A DNA stretch of 64,000 bases from assembly GCA_963769425.1 (NCBI GenBank), contig CAVYLP010000004.1, forward strand, positions 288,001 through 352,000. The letters run 5' to 3'. Source of the DNA: Candidatus Bathyarchaeota archaeon. GTDB lineage: Archaea > Thermoproteota > Bathyarchaeia > TCS64. Each line of letters begins with the position of its first letter. The stretch's first letter is position 1. Under the pieces are notes generated by a model. The model was not told the DNA's origin. It did not search any database and saw only the letters and a program-made list of their open reading frames with translations. Both the position numbers and the translations under genes were made by a program. This document shows positions 28,524-38,385 of this stretch, piece after piece.

Positions 28524-29507
28524 ATGGTTCTTTACCTCACGCAAGACGAGGTCAAGCAGGTGCTTGACATGAAGAGCGCCTTCGAGGCCGTCGAAGGCGG
28601 CTTCCGGGAGATGGGCAACAAGGCCATCGAGATGCCGCCCAGGGTCTACCTGCACTTCCCGAAGGGCGTGCTCATCGCGATGCCCGCGTACATGCCCAAC
28701 CTCAACGCGGCGGGCACGAAGCTCGTCACGGTTCACCCCGGCAACAAGAAGGATTACAACCTCCCCGCCGTGCAGGCGAAGATCGTCATCAACAGCATCG
28801 AGAACGGCTCCCCCCTCGCCATCATGGACGGGACATACGTAACCGCCGTCCGCACTGGCGCGGCCGGGGCTGTGGGAATAAAGTACCTCGCACGCGAGGA
28901 CGCTAAAGAGGTTGGCCTCTGCGGTCTCGGCGTCCAGGGCAGGAGCCAGATCATGGGCCTCATGCTCGTCCGCCCCAAGATCAAGAAGGTCAAGATATTC
29001 GACATCCTACCCGAGGCCATCCCGCCATTCATCAAGGACATGAAGGCAATGTACCCAAGCGTCGACTTCGTCACCGCGAAGTCGGCGGAGGAAGCGACGA
29101 AGGGCAGCGACATCATCATCACCTGCACCCCAAGCTCCACACCCTTCATCAAGGGGGAGTGGCTGAAGAAGGGGGCACACGTCTCTGCGATAGGCGCGGA
29201 CGTCGCCGCGAAGAGGGAGCTTGAGACCAGCGTGCTCAAGAAGGCGAACAAGCTCGTCGTCGACTTCATCCCGCAGGCGTTCGTCGTCGGCGACTTCGCC
29301 AAGCCGAAGGAGGAGGGCGCGGTCTCCGAGAAGGACATCTACGCCGAGATGGGCGAGATCGTCTCCGGGCAGAAGAAGGGTCGCACCTCACCAGACGAGA
29401 TCACCCTCTTCAAGGCAACCGGCCTCGCCATCGAGGACGTCGGCACTGGCGCCAAGGTCTATGAGCTCGCCGTCAAGAAGAAGATCGGCACCGAGCTCCC
29501 CAACTAA
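28524..29507 (+). CDS. Ornithine cyclodeaminase / archaeal alanine dehydrogenase family
   Basis: MPAY, TAVRTGA, GVQG, IGAD, FKATGLAIED. Confidence 0.88.
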   Translation: MVLYLTQDEVKQVLDMKSAFEAVEGGFREMGNKAIEMPPRVYLHFPKGVLIAMPAYMPNLNAAGTKLVTVHPGNKKDYNLPAVQAKIVINSIENGSPLAIMDGTYVTAVRTGAAGAVGIKYLAREDAKEVGLCGLGVQGRSQIMGLMLVRPKIKKVKIFDILPEAIPPFIKDMKAMYPSVDFVTAKSAEEATKGSDIIITCTPSSTPFIKGEWLKKGAHVSAIGADVAAKRELETSVLKKANKLVVDFIPQAFVVGDFAKPKEEGAVSEKDIYAEMGEIVSGQKKGRTSPDEITLFKATGLAIEDVGTGAKVYELAVKKKIGTELPN

Positions 29508-29515
29508 TCCAGCTT

Positions 29516-30286
29516 TTAAATTATACCCGAGTAGTCCCTAAAGTCGTTCTCACAAGGGTTACCGGGGCAGTATAGTATTCTGGATTTCTCGATTTTTGAG
29601 CCGACAGTGAGTATGGTTGCGCTAGTTTGAACATTCTTACCAGTCGGGTCGTGGTAGCAGATAGATCCCTGCCCCTTCTCTGTCCCATGGTCCCCGCTGA
29701 TCAGCTTGAGTGATTCAATAAGTTCGTCCACGTTTCGTAGTTCGAGCCGGCTCAATAGGTTATGTGCCCTGAGTTTCCTCTTCTCCACGTTAACCCACAT
29801 CTTATCGGCTCGTTCGGTCCACTCGATCCTCGGATTTATAGTAAGGGTTGTGATAACATGTGGGCCGTAATCTAGACGTTTAACGAGGGTCTCTTTGTCC
29901 CAGACGATGTGCCATGCCGAGTGTGTGTCCGCGACTAAGAAGTTGCCCCGCCGGTAATCCTCTCTTATATCCAGGTCGGTAAGAAACCCCTTAGCTTCCT
30001 CTGCCGAGTTAAAACCGTCGAGTAGATCCAAGTTGAGAATACCCCTGCTTCTTGCAGGCTTCTCATTGTACTCTGTCTCCTGGTTCGTGACAGCCACAAG
30101 CAAACCTGAGTCGTTAAACCCAACCCACGTGCCATTCGACGCAACATCATATGGGGCGTAGACTCTCCTCGCTCCCTCGAAAACCCTAGGTGGCTCCTCC
30201 AAAGTCCCCGCGGTCAGATACCTATTATGAAGCACCACCATCGGGTAATCATCGAGGAGCCCGTAGAGGAACATCAGGGTACACAC
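29516..30286 (-). CDS. NRDE/TANGO2-family Ntn-like protein
   Basis: Probable start GTG-TGT (MCTL), HNRY, GTWVGFN, SRG. Confidence 0.75.
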   Translation of the reverse strand: MCTLMFLYGLLDDYPMVVLHNRYLTAGTLEEPPRVFEGARRVYAPYDVASNGTWVGFNDSGLLVAVTNQETEYNEKPARSRGILNLDLLDGFNSAEEAKGFLTDLDIREDYRRGNFLVADTHSAWHIVWDKETLVKRLDYGPHVITTLTINPRIEWTERADKMWVNVEKRKLRAHNLLSRLELRNVDELIESLKLISGDHGTEKGQGSICYHDPTGKNVQTSATILTVGSKIEKSRILYCPGNPCENDFRDYSGII

Positions 30287-30458
30287 GGGGAATCCGATAA
30301 CGCTTCCCAGTCCTAGGTATAAGCTTACCCCAACCAAAGCAGCTTTTACTGTTACTAAAGGTGAAAATAAACGAATGGAAAGTTTGATGATATCGTTATT
30401 CTTACACTCGTCTTAGAATCATATGCTTATGTTGACATTTCTTAAGAGTGTCTCAAGG

Positions 30459-30572
30459 GTCTCGCGTTCGTCCTGTCCTATTGTGTGGATCTGCCCTGTT
30501 TCACGTGGGTGACGAGACAATCTTACCGTCAAGATAAGATTGTTCTGGCTTTAGGGACAAGCCAACACGCGA
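30459..30572 (+). ncRNA. Candidate structured RNA/DNA element (multi-hairpin, possible pseudoknot)
   Basis: ACAATCTTA/TAAGATTGT, TGGCTT/AAGCCA, GCCC/GGGT, outer TCGCGT/ACGCGA; loop GGGAC complementary to GTCCT. Confidence 0.35.
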
Positions 30573-30609
30573 AAGAACAAACAGTGAAAAATTGAGTAAA
30601 AATGCGGAA

Positions 30610-30905
30610 CTATTTGTGTATCACTATATTTCCATATGCAATTATACTGATTGGGTTCGCCAATTCGGATGATACAAATTGATTGTCATATTTCGTTTTG
30701 CCTGTGGACTTATCCCATATCTCGATTCGGAAAGTGTCTGGCGAGATATTTTTTAAGCACACCATCGATTGCAGTTAACATGAATCCATAGATGCTAGAT
30801 TTGTTGATTGTGCCTTCTCCCTTGTACTGTGCTTTTGCACCCGATATTGCCATCCAGTTGTAGTTTGTAATCTCGAAGCTAAGGTCACCTGGTTGGAATT
30901 TTCAA
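30610..30905 (-). pseudogene. Remnant of a secreted-protein C-terminal beta domain
   Basis: FQPGDLSF..NYNWMAISGAKAQYKGEGTIN..YGFMLTAIDG*, PDTFRIEIWDK..KYDNQ, GNIVIHK* across broken frames. Confidence 0.6.
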
Positions 30906-31281
30906 CATTGTATTGCCATGCGGGTAAACTCAATTTCGAATGAATCAGGGGATGGACCGGTGAGGGGTCATTAAGATATTTTGTAAAACGCTTGTACTAT
31001 GCTACCACTTACGGGAGGAGCTTGAAAAACGCGCCGATGCATACTCACCGACCTTGACCGGAGGAGGCTGATGGAGATGGTTAGAGACAGGGGAGGGGAG
31101 GACGTGACAACACGAGAGTTATTCGTGAACCGATAGTAAAATATTAGCTCTTAAGTAACCACTGGGTTGTTCAACACCCCGCTACAATCAAAACTTCTTT
31201 TTTCCAAGGGGTCTAACCTTACCCTCGTATGGGTGCAACTATTTAACCAGCCAAGCGGATTGATCGTTGAGGAATTTTAAC

Positions 31282-32445
31282 ATGGCGAGGACGATCGAGG
31301 AACTTTCACAGACCGAGATCTCTGAACTCATAAACAAACGCATAAGCATCTTCACGCCCGAGGACGTGGCGAGCAAGCTCAAGGGCGAGCTCGAGAAGAC
31401 GGGGCGCTACGAGGCGCTGGTGGTCGGCGGGGGAAAGATCGGGATGGTCACCATCCGAGACCTTCTCGGCGTCGAGCCCCTCGAGCAGACAAAGCTCGTG
31501 AAACTCTGGAAGTCCCAGTGGCAGACGCCCGTCACCTCGGACAGCTGGGTGCAGGGAGTCGCCACAGAGCTCGTGAGGATCAACGCGAGGGCCCTCCCCG
31601 TTGTTGAGAACATGAAGCCCGTCGGCATCATCTCACAGGTCGACATAGTCGCCGCTATGGCAGACTGCGGCGACCTGAAGAAGACACCCGCGAGGGACCT
31701 TGCCAAGATGGCGCCGGTTACGCTCGATGTCGGGGCGAAGGTCGCCGAGGCGAGGAAGCTCATGCTCGACAGGGGCATTAGCCACGTCCCGATCACCAAG
31801 GAGGGTAAGCTCGCCGGGATCGTCACGGCCGCTGACCTCGTCCAGTACTTTACACAGGGAGTAGGTAAGAGGAAGACCGGCGAACTGCCCGGGGAGAAGG
31901 TCACGAAGTTCCCCGGCATCGTCGATGGCATTATGGACAAGCACCCACTCACTGTCTCAACCGTCGCCTCGGCCCTCGACGTCGCGAGGGGTCTCAGGGA
32001 TCAGGAGAAGAGCGCCGCCGTTCTAATCGACGAGAACGAGGGCGTCCTCGGCATATTGACGCCGAAGGAGCTTCTCACACTCATAGCGGAGCCCGCGACG
32101 AAGGAGGAGATGCCCATCTCCATAGTTGGCCTCGCAAACGAGGAGTTCCTGGCGAGGAGCCTCGCCGAGGAGAAGGTGAGGAAGGTCATCACCCTCGGCA
32201 TGAAGATTCACCCACACATCAACGACGTTCAGGTGGTCATCAAGAAGTCGGACAAGGGCGGCGAGAACGAGAGGTACGAGATGACGGCGCGCGCCCTAAG
32301 CCCCACAGAGCAGTTCCAGACCTCAAACGCGGGCTACGACCTCGTAAAGACCTTCGACGGCCTCATGTCCTCCCTAGAGAAGGAGTTCAAGGAGGCAAAG
32401 CACGAGTCCTCGAAGGTCCCCCGCAGGGGCAGGGGACGCTCCTAA
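31282..32445 (+). CDS. Four-CBS protein with C-terminal HPF/RaiA-like domain (Hib-type ribosome hibernation factor candidate)
   Basis: Four CBS repeats (IGMVTIRDL, VGIISQVDI, LAGIVTAADL, LGILTPKEL) plus a tail with HPF-like spacing ending AGYDLVKTFDGLMSSLEKEF. Confidence 0.7.
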   Translation: MARTIEELSQTEISELINKRISIFTPEDVASKLKGELEKTGRYEALVVGGGKIGMVTIRDLLGVEPLEQTKLVKLWKSQWQTPVTSDSWVQGVATELVRINARALPVVENMKPVGIISQVDIVAAMADCGDLKKTPARDLAKMAPVTLDVGAKVAEARKLMLDRGISHVPITKEGKLAGIVTAADLVQYFTQGVGKRKTGELPGEKVTKFPGIVDGIMDKHPLTVSTVASALDVARGLRDQEKSAAVLIDENEGVLGILTPKELLTLIAEPATKEEMPISIVGLANEEFLARSLAEEKVRKVITLGMKIHPHINDVQVVIKKSDKGGENERYEMTARALSPTEQFQTSNAGYDLVKTFDGLMSSLEKEFKEAKHESSKVPRRGRGRS

Positions 32446-32484
32446 GCTTCTTAACCGGTCCCGACAACTCATTCTGGATTTAGC

Positions 32485-33441
32485 TTGCCCCAGTGGACAG
32501 TTGTAGTCACGGAGCCGATCAACGAGGCCGGAGTCAAACTCCTAGAGAATAAGGGTGTCACCGTCATCCAGCTCCCACCGGGGAGCAGGGAGGACGCCCT
32601 CGCCGCCGTCGCACCCTCGGCTGACGCGCTAATCACCCGCGGCGGGATACGGGTGACGCGCGAGATCATGGCATCGAGCCCCGGACTCAGGGCCATCGGA
32701 GTCCACGGAATAGGGTGCGACCACGTCGACCTCGCCGCGGCTCAGGAGCTTGGTAAGGTTGTCCTCAACACACCCGACGCCCTCTCCGTCACCGTAGCTG
32801 AGATGACGGTAGCTATGATGCTATCCATGACGCGAAAGATAGCCACGGCGGACAAGGTCGTCAGAAACGGTGGCTGGAGCCGAAAATACTCCGACCTTAT
32901 CGGCGTCGAGCTGATGGGGAAAACCATCGGCCTCATTGGTCTCGGTCGGATAGGGGCTGCCACGGCGAGGCGGCTCAAGGCATTCGACGTTAAGCTACTC
33001 TACTGGAGCAGGACTCGCCACCCAGAGTTGGAACATGAACTCGGCTTAGAGTGGGTGGAGTTCACCGAACTCCTCGGCAGGAGCGACATCGTGAGCCTCC
33101 ATGTCCCGGGCACCGCTGAGACGCACCACCTCCTAGGCTCAAAGGAATTCGCGTGCATGAAGCGTGGCGCGATGATTGTAAACACAGCACGCGGTAGAAT
33201 CATCGACGAGGCAGCACTCGTGGAGGCGCTGAGGGGCGGACAAATATCCGCAGCGGCCCTCGACGTCTTCGAACAGGAGCCGGTGAAGCCCGACAACCAG
33301 CTGCTCGCCATGGATAACGTAGTGCTAGCCCCCCACCTCGGGGCCAGCAGCTTAGAGGCCATGAAGCGGATAGCTATACAGGTCGCACAGGGCGTTCTCG
33401 ACGTGCTGGAAAGCAAAGAGCCTCGGAATAGAGTCGCATAA
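32485..33441 (+). CDS. D-isomer-specific 2-hydroxyacid dehydrogenase (SerA-like, no ACT domain)
   Basis: GLGRIG, NTARG, LDVFEQEP, PHLGAS. Confidence 0.88.
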   Translation: MPQWTVVVTEPINEAGVKLLENKGVTVIQLPPGSREDALAAVAPSADALITRGGIRVTREIMASSPGLRAIGVHGIGCDHVDLAAAQELGKVVLNTPDALSVTVAEMTVAMMLSMTRKIATADKVVRNGGWSRKYSDLIGVELMGKTIGLIGLGRIGAATARRLKAFDVKLLYWSRTRHPELEHELGLEWVEFTELLGRSDIVSLHVPGTAETHHLLGSKEFACMKRGAMIVNTARGRIIDEAALVEALRGGQISAAALDVFEQEPVKPDNQLLAMDNVVLAPHLGASSLEAMKRIAIQVAQGVLDVLESKEPRNRVA

Positions 33442-33527
33442 GAACTCAAAAAGCAGTCGCCAATCCAGGTCACCCCCTAAGGAAATGGTTTTAAAGCCTC
33501 GACCCCCCGGATAGGAGAGGTGTGAAT

Positions 33528-33710
33528 ATGCCTACAGTCACAGTAGACAAGAACAAGTGTGATGGAGAGGGCACATGCGTGGACGTCTGCCCAATGAACG
33601 TCTACGACATGGTCAACAAAAAATCCGAGCCCACACGGGCCGCAGACTGCATCGCATGCATGGCATGCGTCAACAGCTGCCCCACACAGGCAATAACCGT
33701 CGAGCCGTAA
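33528..33710 (+). CDS. Dicluster ferredoxin (probably 7Fe)
   Basis: CDGEGTCVDVCP and CIACMACVNSCP. Confidence 0.9.
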   Translation: MPTVTVDKNKCDGEGTCVDVCPMNVYDMVNKKSEPTRAADCIACMACVNSCPTQAITVEP

Positions 33711-33744
33711 AAAGCTCAAAAACCGTCCTTTTTAACTCCCGTTT

Positions 33745-34416
33745 TTAACGAGGCCTAACCGAGACAGCCCTTACTATGTCGGCCGTGTTCTCGCACCAAT
33801 CGGCGACCGTCTCCAAGGCGTCCAGGAACTCGTTGAGGAGTATGAGAGAACCCATGCTCCACCCCTTAAACTCCAGATTAGCTAGGTGCTGCCTAGCCTG
33901 GCTGTAGAGTTCGTCGATGTCCTCCTCTAGCATCTCGACCTTGTTGGCTAGGTTTATGGCCTCCTTCGGATCTGTCGAGATGACCTTAAGGCAATCGTCG
34001 AGTACCGTTACGCAGTCGGCATCGGCCTTCGCCATGTTCAGGGCGGCTTCCCTCATCTCCTGCGGGGCCCTGTCGAGGTGGATAACGTTCATTATTCTCC
34101 CAGCCTCCTTGCTCCAGTCGGCTATCCAGTCGACCGCGCGGACCATCTCCATAAGGTCATCCCGCTCCTCGGGGAACATCTCGCTCTTCGTGAGGGCGTC
34201 GACCATCTGCCTCCTTAACTCGTCGGCCTCCATCTCCATCCGGCTAAGGCTGATGTAGTGCGTGGAGCACTTCTCAGCATCGCAGTGCGCCGCGGCGTCG
34301 ACCATGCTGTACATCTCCATGACCGCACCCTTAGTGAGTTCAAGGTGCTTCTCCGCCATCGCGAGAACTTCTTCGCCGCGCTTAGGGGCGAACCATCCGA
34401 AGAGTTTCCTAGACAA
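33745..34416 (-). CDS. DUF47/PhoU-like phosphate transport regulator
   Basis: EMEADELRR, DWIAD, ADWCENTAD; downstream of the Na/Pi transporter. Confidence 0.85.
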   Translation of the reverse strand: MSRKLFGWFAPKRGEEVLAMAEKHLELTKGAVMEMYSMVDAAAHCDAEKCSTHYISLSRMEMEADELRRQMVDALTKSEMFPEERDDLMEMVRAVDWIADWSKEAGRIMNVIHLDRAPQEMREAALNMAKADADCVTVLDDCLKVISTDPKEAINLANKVEMLEEDIDELYSQARQHLANLEFKGWSMGSLILLNEFLDALETVADWCENTADIVRAVSVRPR

Positions 34417-34467
34417 TCTTCCCGTCTATCCCTCTGAACATTAGTTTATGAAACCTTCCCCCGAAGC

Positions 34468-35547
34468 TCATACCCTGAGGAAATAGTAGAGGATAACAGA
34501 AGCGGGGACGAGATGGAAGACCACCGTGATGACGAGGGTGAGCTTTGGCGACGCCGCGACCTTGTCGGCTGTGACCTTGATCATCTTGCTGAACGGCTTC
34601 ATTAAGGGGAGGAAGATGAGGGCTCCGATGACGTTGATGCTAAGGTGGACGAGCCAGACCCCCATCGCCACCGGGTCGCCGGTCGCCATCGCGGCTATCA
34701 TTACGTCAAAGACCGTTCCTATATTGGCGCCGAGTATGTAGGGCAAAATGTAGTAGTCGGCGCTGAGGACGCCACTCGTGGCGAGAGGTATCAGCAGAGA
34801 AACCATTACCGTGGTACTCGGGATGAGCATGGTGAACAGGAACCCTGCCAGGAAGGAGCGCAGAGGCTTCTGGAATGTCGCCCTGATGAGGTTCCAGGAC
34901 CTCGGCATGTTGAATATCTCGGTCATGTACTTCTCGACACCTCCGAGGGCGAGGACTAGCATGGCGGCGCCAGCGATTATCCCTAGCCAGGGTGGGATAT
35001 ACCTCAGAACTACGGGGACCCACGGTGTGGCGACCTCGAGTACGTCAGGGATGGCGTTGAGCCATGGCGCTTTCACGAAGATATTGCTCCCCTGAAGCGC
35101 GATGAAGGTGAGGAACCCGAAGAACAGCTCGGCGGGGAAGAAAATCATCAGACAGATGAGGTTATAGAGTACGTGGGTTAACGTCACGTTAAAGGCCGCA
35201 CCCTGGTTCTTCTTCCCCCTGATTTGATTGAGGACCGAGATCAGGAAGGGGGTAACGGTTGTCCCGAGCTCCGCTCCGAGTATGGATGAGACGGCTAAGC
35301 TAAGTGGCATAGCACCCGAGGAGACGAAGGCAACGACTATGCTGTCGAAGGCTCCGCTGCTGTGGACTAGTGCGGTTCCGATCCAACCAGCGAAGACAGC
35401 GCTTGTTGTGTCCCTGATGATTAGCACTATGCCCTCTGTCAGGGCCGTCGCCATCATCGATGCAGAGTCCTTGATGAGCATTATAGCGGAGATGAAGAAG
35501 TACAGCGCACCCAAGGAGCCCAGTACGTTCCAATACTTGGAACCCAA
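34468..35547 (-). CDS. Na/Pi cotransporter family protein
   Basis: Duplicated HSSG...GAELGTT / PSTT...GANIGT repeats; multi-TM. Confidence 0.8.
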   Translation of the reverse strand: MGSKYWNVLGSLGALYFFISAIMLIKDSASMMATALTEGIVLIIRDTTSAVFAGWIGTALVHSSGAFDSIVVAFVSSGAMPLSLAVSSILGAELGTTVTPFLISVLNQIRGKKNQGAAFNVTLTHVLYNLICLMIFFPAELFFGFLTFIALQGSNIFVKAPWLNAIPDVLEVATPWVPVVLRYIPPWLGIIAGAAMLVLALGGVEKYMTEIFNMPRSWNLIRATFQKPLRSFLAGFLFTMLIPSTTVMVSLLIPLATSGVLSADYYILPYILGANIGTVFDVMIAAMATGDPVAMGVWLVHLSINVIGALIFLPLMKPFSKMIKVTADKVAASPKLTLVITVVFHLVPASVILYYFLRV

Positions 35548-35606
35548 AGCGATCCTTATTCGATTTCGGGTATATAATTAAGTGTAATCTATATAGAATA
35601 TTGTGA

Positions 35607-36206
35607 TTATATAGGCGTGGTTTTATATTTTAGGGTGTTTAGGCCGGCGTCTTTGAGCATATCGTGCAGTAGACTCAGGGGTAGGCCGACGACGTTGTAA
35701 AAGCAGCCCTCAACGCCCTCGATTGTCACCGCGCCGATCCCTTGGGCGGCGTATGCGCCCGCCTTATCCATTGGCTCCCCCGTGGCGACGTAGGCGTCGA
35801 TCTCGTCCTCGCCCAGCCGACGCATCGAGACCTTCGTCTCTTCTGTCTGGATGTCGCATAAGCTTTTTTCCTTAATGACGACTGCTACCGCCGATATTAC
35901 CGTGTGTATTCTGCCACTGAGAACCAGGAGCATGCGTTTAGCATCATCGGCGTCCTTAGGTTTCTCAATGATTCTACCGTCTAAGACCACGATTGTGTCC
36001 GCCGCCACGACGATTCGATCGGGGTATCTGGCCGAAACCGCCTCCACCTTCTTCAATGCGTTCTCCCTGACATGCATAATCGGATCGGATGACTCACTAT
36101 TCTCAACGTCGCCTGGGTCTACAACCTCGAAGGCGATTTCCAGCTGCCTCAAAAGGGACGCCCTGCGGGGGGAGGTCGACGCGAGCACCAGCACTTGACC
36201 GTTCAA
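35607..36206 (-). CDS. maf: Maf nucleoside triphosphate pyrophosphatase
   Basis: LASTSPRR, ADT, KP, DKAGAY, NVVGLP. Confidence 0.92.
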   Translation of the reverse strand: MNGQVLVLASTSPRRASLLRQLEIAFEVVDPGDVENSESSDPIMHVRENALKKVEAVSARYPDRIVVAADTIVVLDGRIIEKPKDADDAKRMLLVLSGRIHTVISAVAVVIKEKSLCDIQTEETKVSMRRLGEDEIDAYVATGEPMDKAGAYAAQGIGAVTIEGVEGCFYNVVGLPLSLLHDMLKDAGLNTLKYKTTPI

Positions 36207-36284
36207 AGATTATCACCCTCAGCGTTTTATCTCGGAGCGGGATTCACAGAGATGGGGTAAGCCGCGGGTATAAGAGTGATTGTG

Positions 36285-36836
36285 ATGGAGAAAATATACT
36301 ACTCGGCGCTTGAGACGCCACTAGGAAGGATGTGGGTAGCCGCCTCGGAGCGCGGGCTAGTCCAGTTCGACATGACGGACGATAAAGAGGGCTTCATGAG
36401 AGAGCTGAAAGAGAGGATCAAGGCTGAATACGTCGAAGATCCTAGTAAGTTCAAGCAGCTGCGGGCCGAGCTCGAACGTTACTTCAGTGGAGAGAAGCTC
36501 ATCTTCAAAGGTCCATTCGACATGAGGGGAACGCCCTTCCAAGTGGATGTCTGGAAGGCGATCCACTCCATCCCCAACGGGAAACTGACTAGCTACGGCG
36601 GGATAGCGAAGCAGATCGGGCGGCCGAAGGCGGTCCGTGCAGTTGGAAACGCCGTGGGTGACAACCCAATGGGACTTATAGTCCCTTGCCATAGGGTGGT
36701 ATCCTCGGACGGGGGCATCGGCGGCTTCAGCACAGGCCTCGAGTGGAAGAGGAAGCTCCTCGCTCAAGAGGGCATCCTAGGGTCCTCCGAGGGAAAGCCC
36801 GAGACGGGCCTCGACCTGCGCAAGTTCTTCAAGTGA
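36285..36836 (+). CDS. ogt: O6-methylguanine-DNA methyltransferase
   Basis: GTPFQ, RAVG, VPCHRV. Confidence 0.93.
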   Translation: MEKIYYSALETPLGRMWVAASERGLVQFDMTDDKEGFMRELKERIKAEYVEDPSKFKQLRAELERYFSGEKLIFKGPFDMRGTPFQVDVWKAIHSIPNGKLTSYGGIAKQIGRPKAVRAVGNAVGDNPMGLIVPCHRVVSSDGGIGGFSTGLEWKRKLLAQEGILGSSEGKPETGLDLRKFFK

Positions 36837-36873
36837 CCGCTAGTATTTTCCCGCGCCGAGGTGTTCCTCATCC

Positions 36874-38385
36874 ATGGCTACAAAGAGGATCGTGCTCGGC
36901 ACCTTCAGCCACGAGACAAACGTGCTGTCGAACATCAAGACGGACCTCTCTGAGTTCCGGAAGAGGCACCTGTTCCACGGGGACGAGATCCCGCCCCACT
37001 TCCGAGGGACGAAGACCGCCGCGGGAGGTCTGATCGATGGGTGCGAGAAGAACGGGTTCGAGTTTGTAGAGACTGTGCACGCGTCAGCTACACCCAGCGG
37101 CATCATCGTAGAGGAGGCTTACGAGCACATCCTCGGCGCGATGCTCGACGGGATCAAGGCGGCGAAGCCCTTCGACGCCGTAGCCCTCCATCTTCACGGT
37201 GCTGCCGTCGCCGAGGGGCACGACGATGTCGAGGGGGACGTCCTCAGCGAGGTTCGGAAGCTCATAGGAAAGAAGCCACTCGTCGCCAGCTTCGACCTCC
37301 ACGCCAACTACACCGAGAAGATGGTAAGGGAGGCAGACATCTCAGTCGGCTACGACACCTACCCCCATATAGACGAGTACGAGCGCGCCGTAGAGTCCGT
37401 CGACTTGCTTGCCAAGATGCTCGACGGCAAGCTGAAGCCTACGAGGGCGCTGAGGCAACCCCCGATGCTCCCCGCACTACAGGCACAGTTCACGGGGAGG
37501 TACCCGATGGCGAAGCTTCTCGAAGAGGCTCACCGGATGGAGCAGCTACCCGGAGTCGAGGCGGTCACTGTCGCCGCGGGCTTCCCCTGGAGCGACATAA
37601 AGGAGGCTGGCATGAGCTTCATAGTCATCACGAACAACGACCAGAAGCAGGCAGACGCCCTCGCCGAGGAGCTAAGCGACCTCGCGTGGTCGATCCGTAG
37701 GGACTTTCTAGTCAAGCCGATGCCCGTGAGGGACGCTTTGAAGAAAGTGAAGGCGGCCAAGGAGGGGCCTATCGTCCTTGCAGACATCGGTGATAACCCC
37801 GGGGGCGGCACCCCCTGCGACGGCACATTCGTCCTCAAGGCAGTCCTCGAGGAGGGATTAACCAGCGGCATCTTCGGCGTCATCTGGGACCCCGCAGCCG
37901 CGGCGAAAGCAGCAAGAGCCGGGCCAGGGAAGGAGATTGAGGTAAACCTCGGTGGTCACACGGACCGGCTCCACGGAAAACCGATCAGGGTCAAGGCGCA
38001 CGTGAAGAGCGTAAGCGACGGGAAGTGGCTGGTAAAGGGTCCGATGGGCACCGGTTCGCTCACCGAGATGGGCCTCACAGCCGTCCTGAATGTCGCCGGA
38101 AATGACTTGATAGTCACGTCGCTCCGACTCCAGCCACTGGACCTAGAGCTATACCGTAGCCAGGGGATTGAGCCGACATCGGCGAAGTTCATCGTTGTGA
38201 AGTCGAGTGTTCACTATCGCGCAAGCCACGAACCCGTCGCCAAGGAGATAATCGAGCTCGACACACCCGGCCTAACATCGCCACGTCTCGCGGGCTTCAA
38301 GTTCCGCAAGATTAGGCGACCTATCTTTCCCCTCGACTTCGAGATGCTTGGAATAACCGAGCTCAAGAGGATGGACGAGGAGTAG
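36874..38385 (+). CDS. MlrC/M81 metallopeptidase
   Basis: HETN, LHGA, DLHAN, YPHID, DNPGGG, VKSSVHYRA. Confidence 0.88.
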   Translation: MATKRIVLGTFSHETNVLSNIKTDLSEFRKRHLFHGDEIPPHFRGTKTAAGGLIDGCEKNGFEFVETVHASATPSGIIVEEAYEHILGAMLDGIKAAKPFDAVALHLHGAAVAEGHDDVEGDVLSEVRKLIGKKPLVASFDLHANYTEKMVREADISVGYDTYPHIDEYERAVESVDLLAKMLDGKLKPTRALRQPPMLPALQAQFTGRYPMAKLLEEAHRMEQLPGVEAVTVAAGFPWSDIKEAGMSFIVITNNDQKQADALAEELSDLAWSIRRDFLVKPMPVRDALKKVKAAKEGPIVLADIGDNPGGGTPCDGTFVLKAVLEEGLTSGIFGVIWDPAAAAKAARAGPGKEIEVNLGGHTDRLHGKPIRVKAHVKSVSDGKWLVKGPMGTGSLTEMGLTAVLNVAGNDLIVTSLRLQPLDLELYRSQGIEPTSAKFIVVKSSVHYRASHEPVAKEIIELDTPGLTSPRLAGFKFRKIRRPIFPLDFEMLGITELKRMDEE

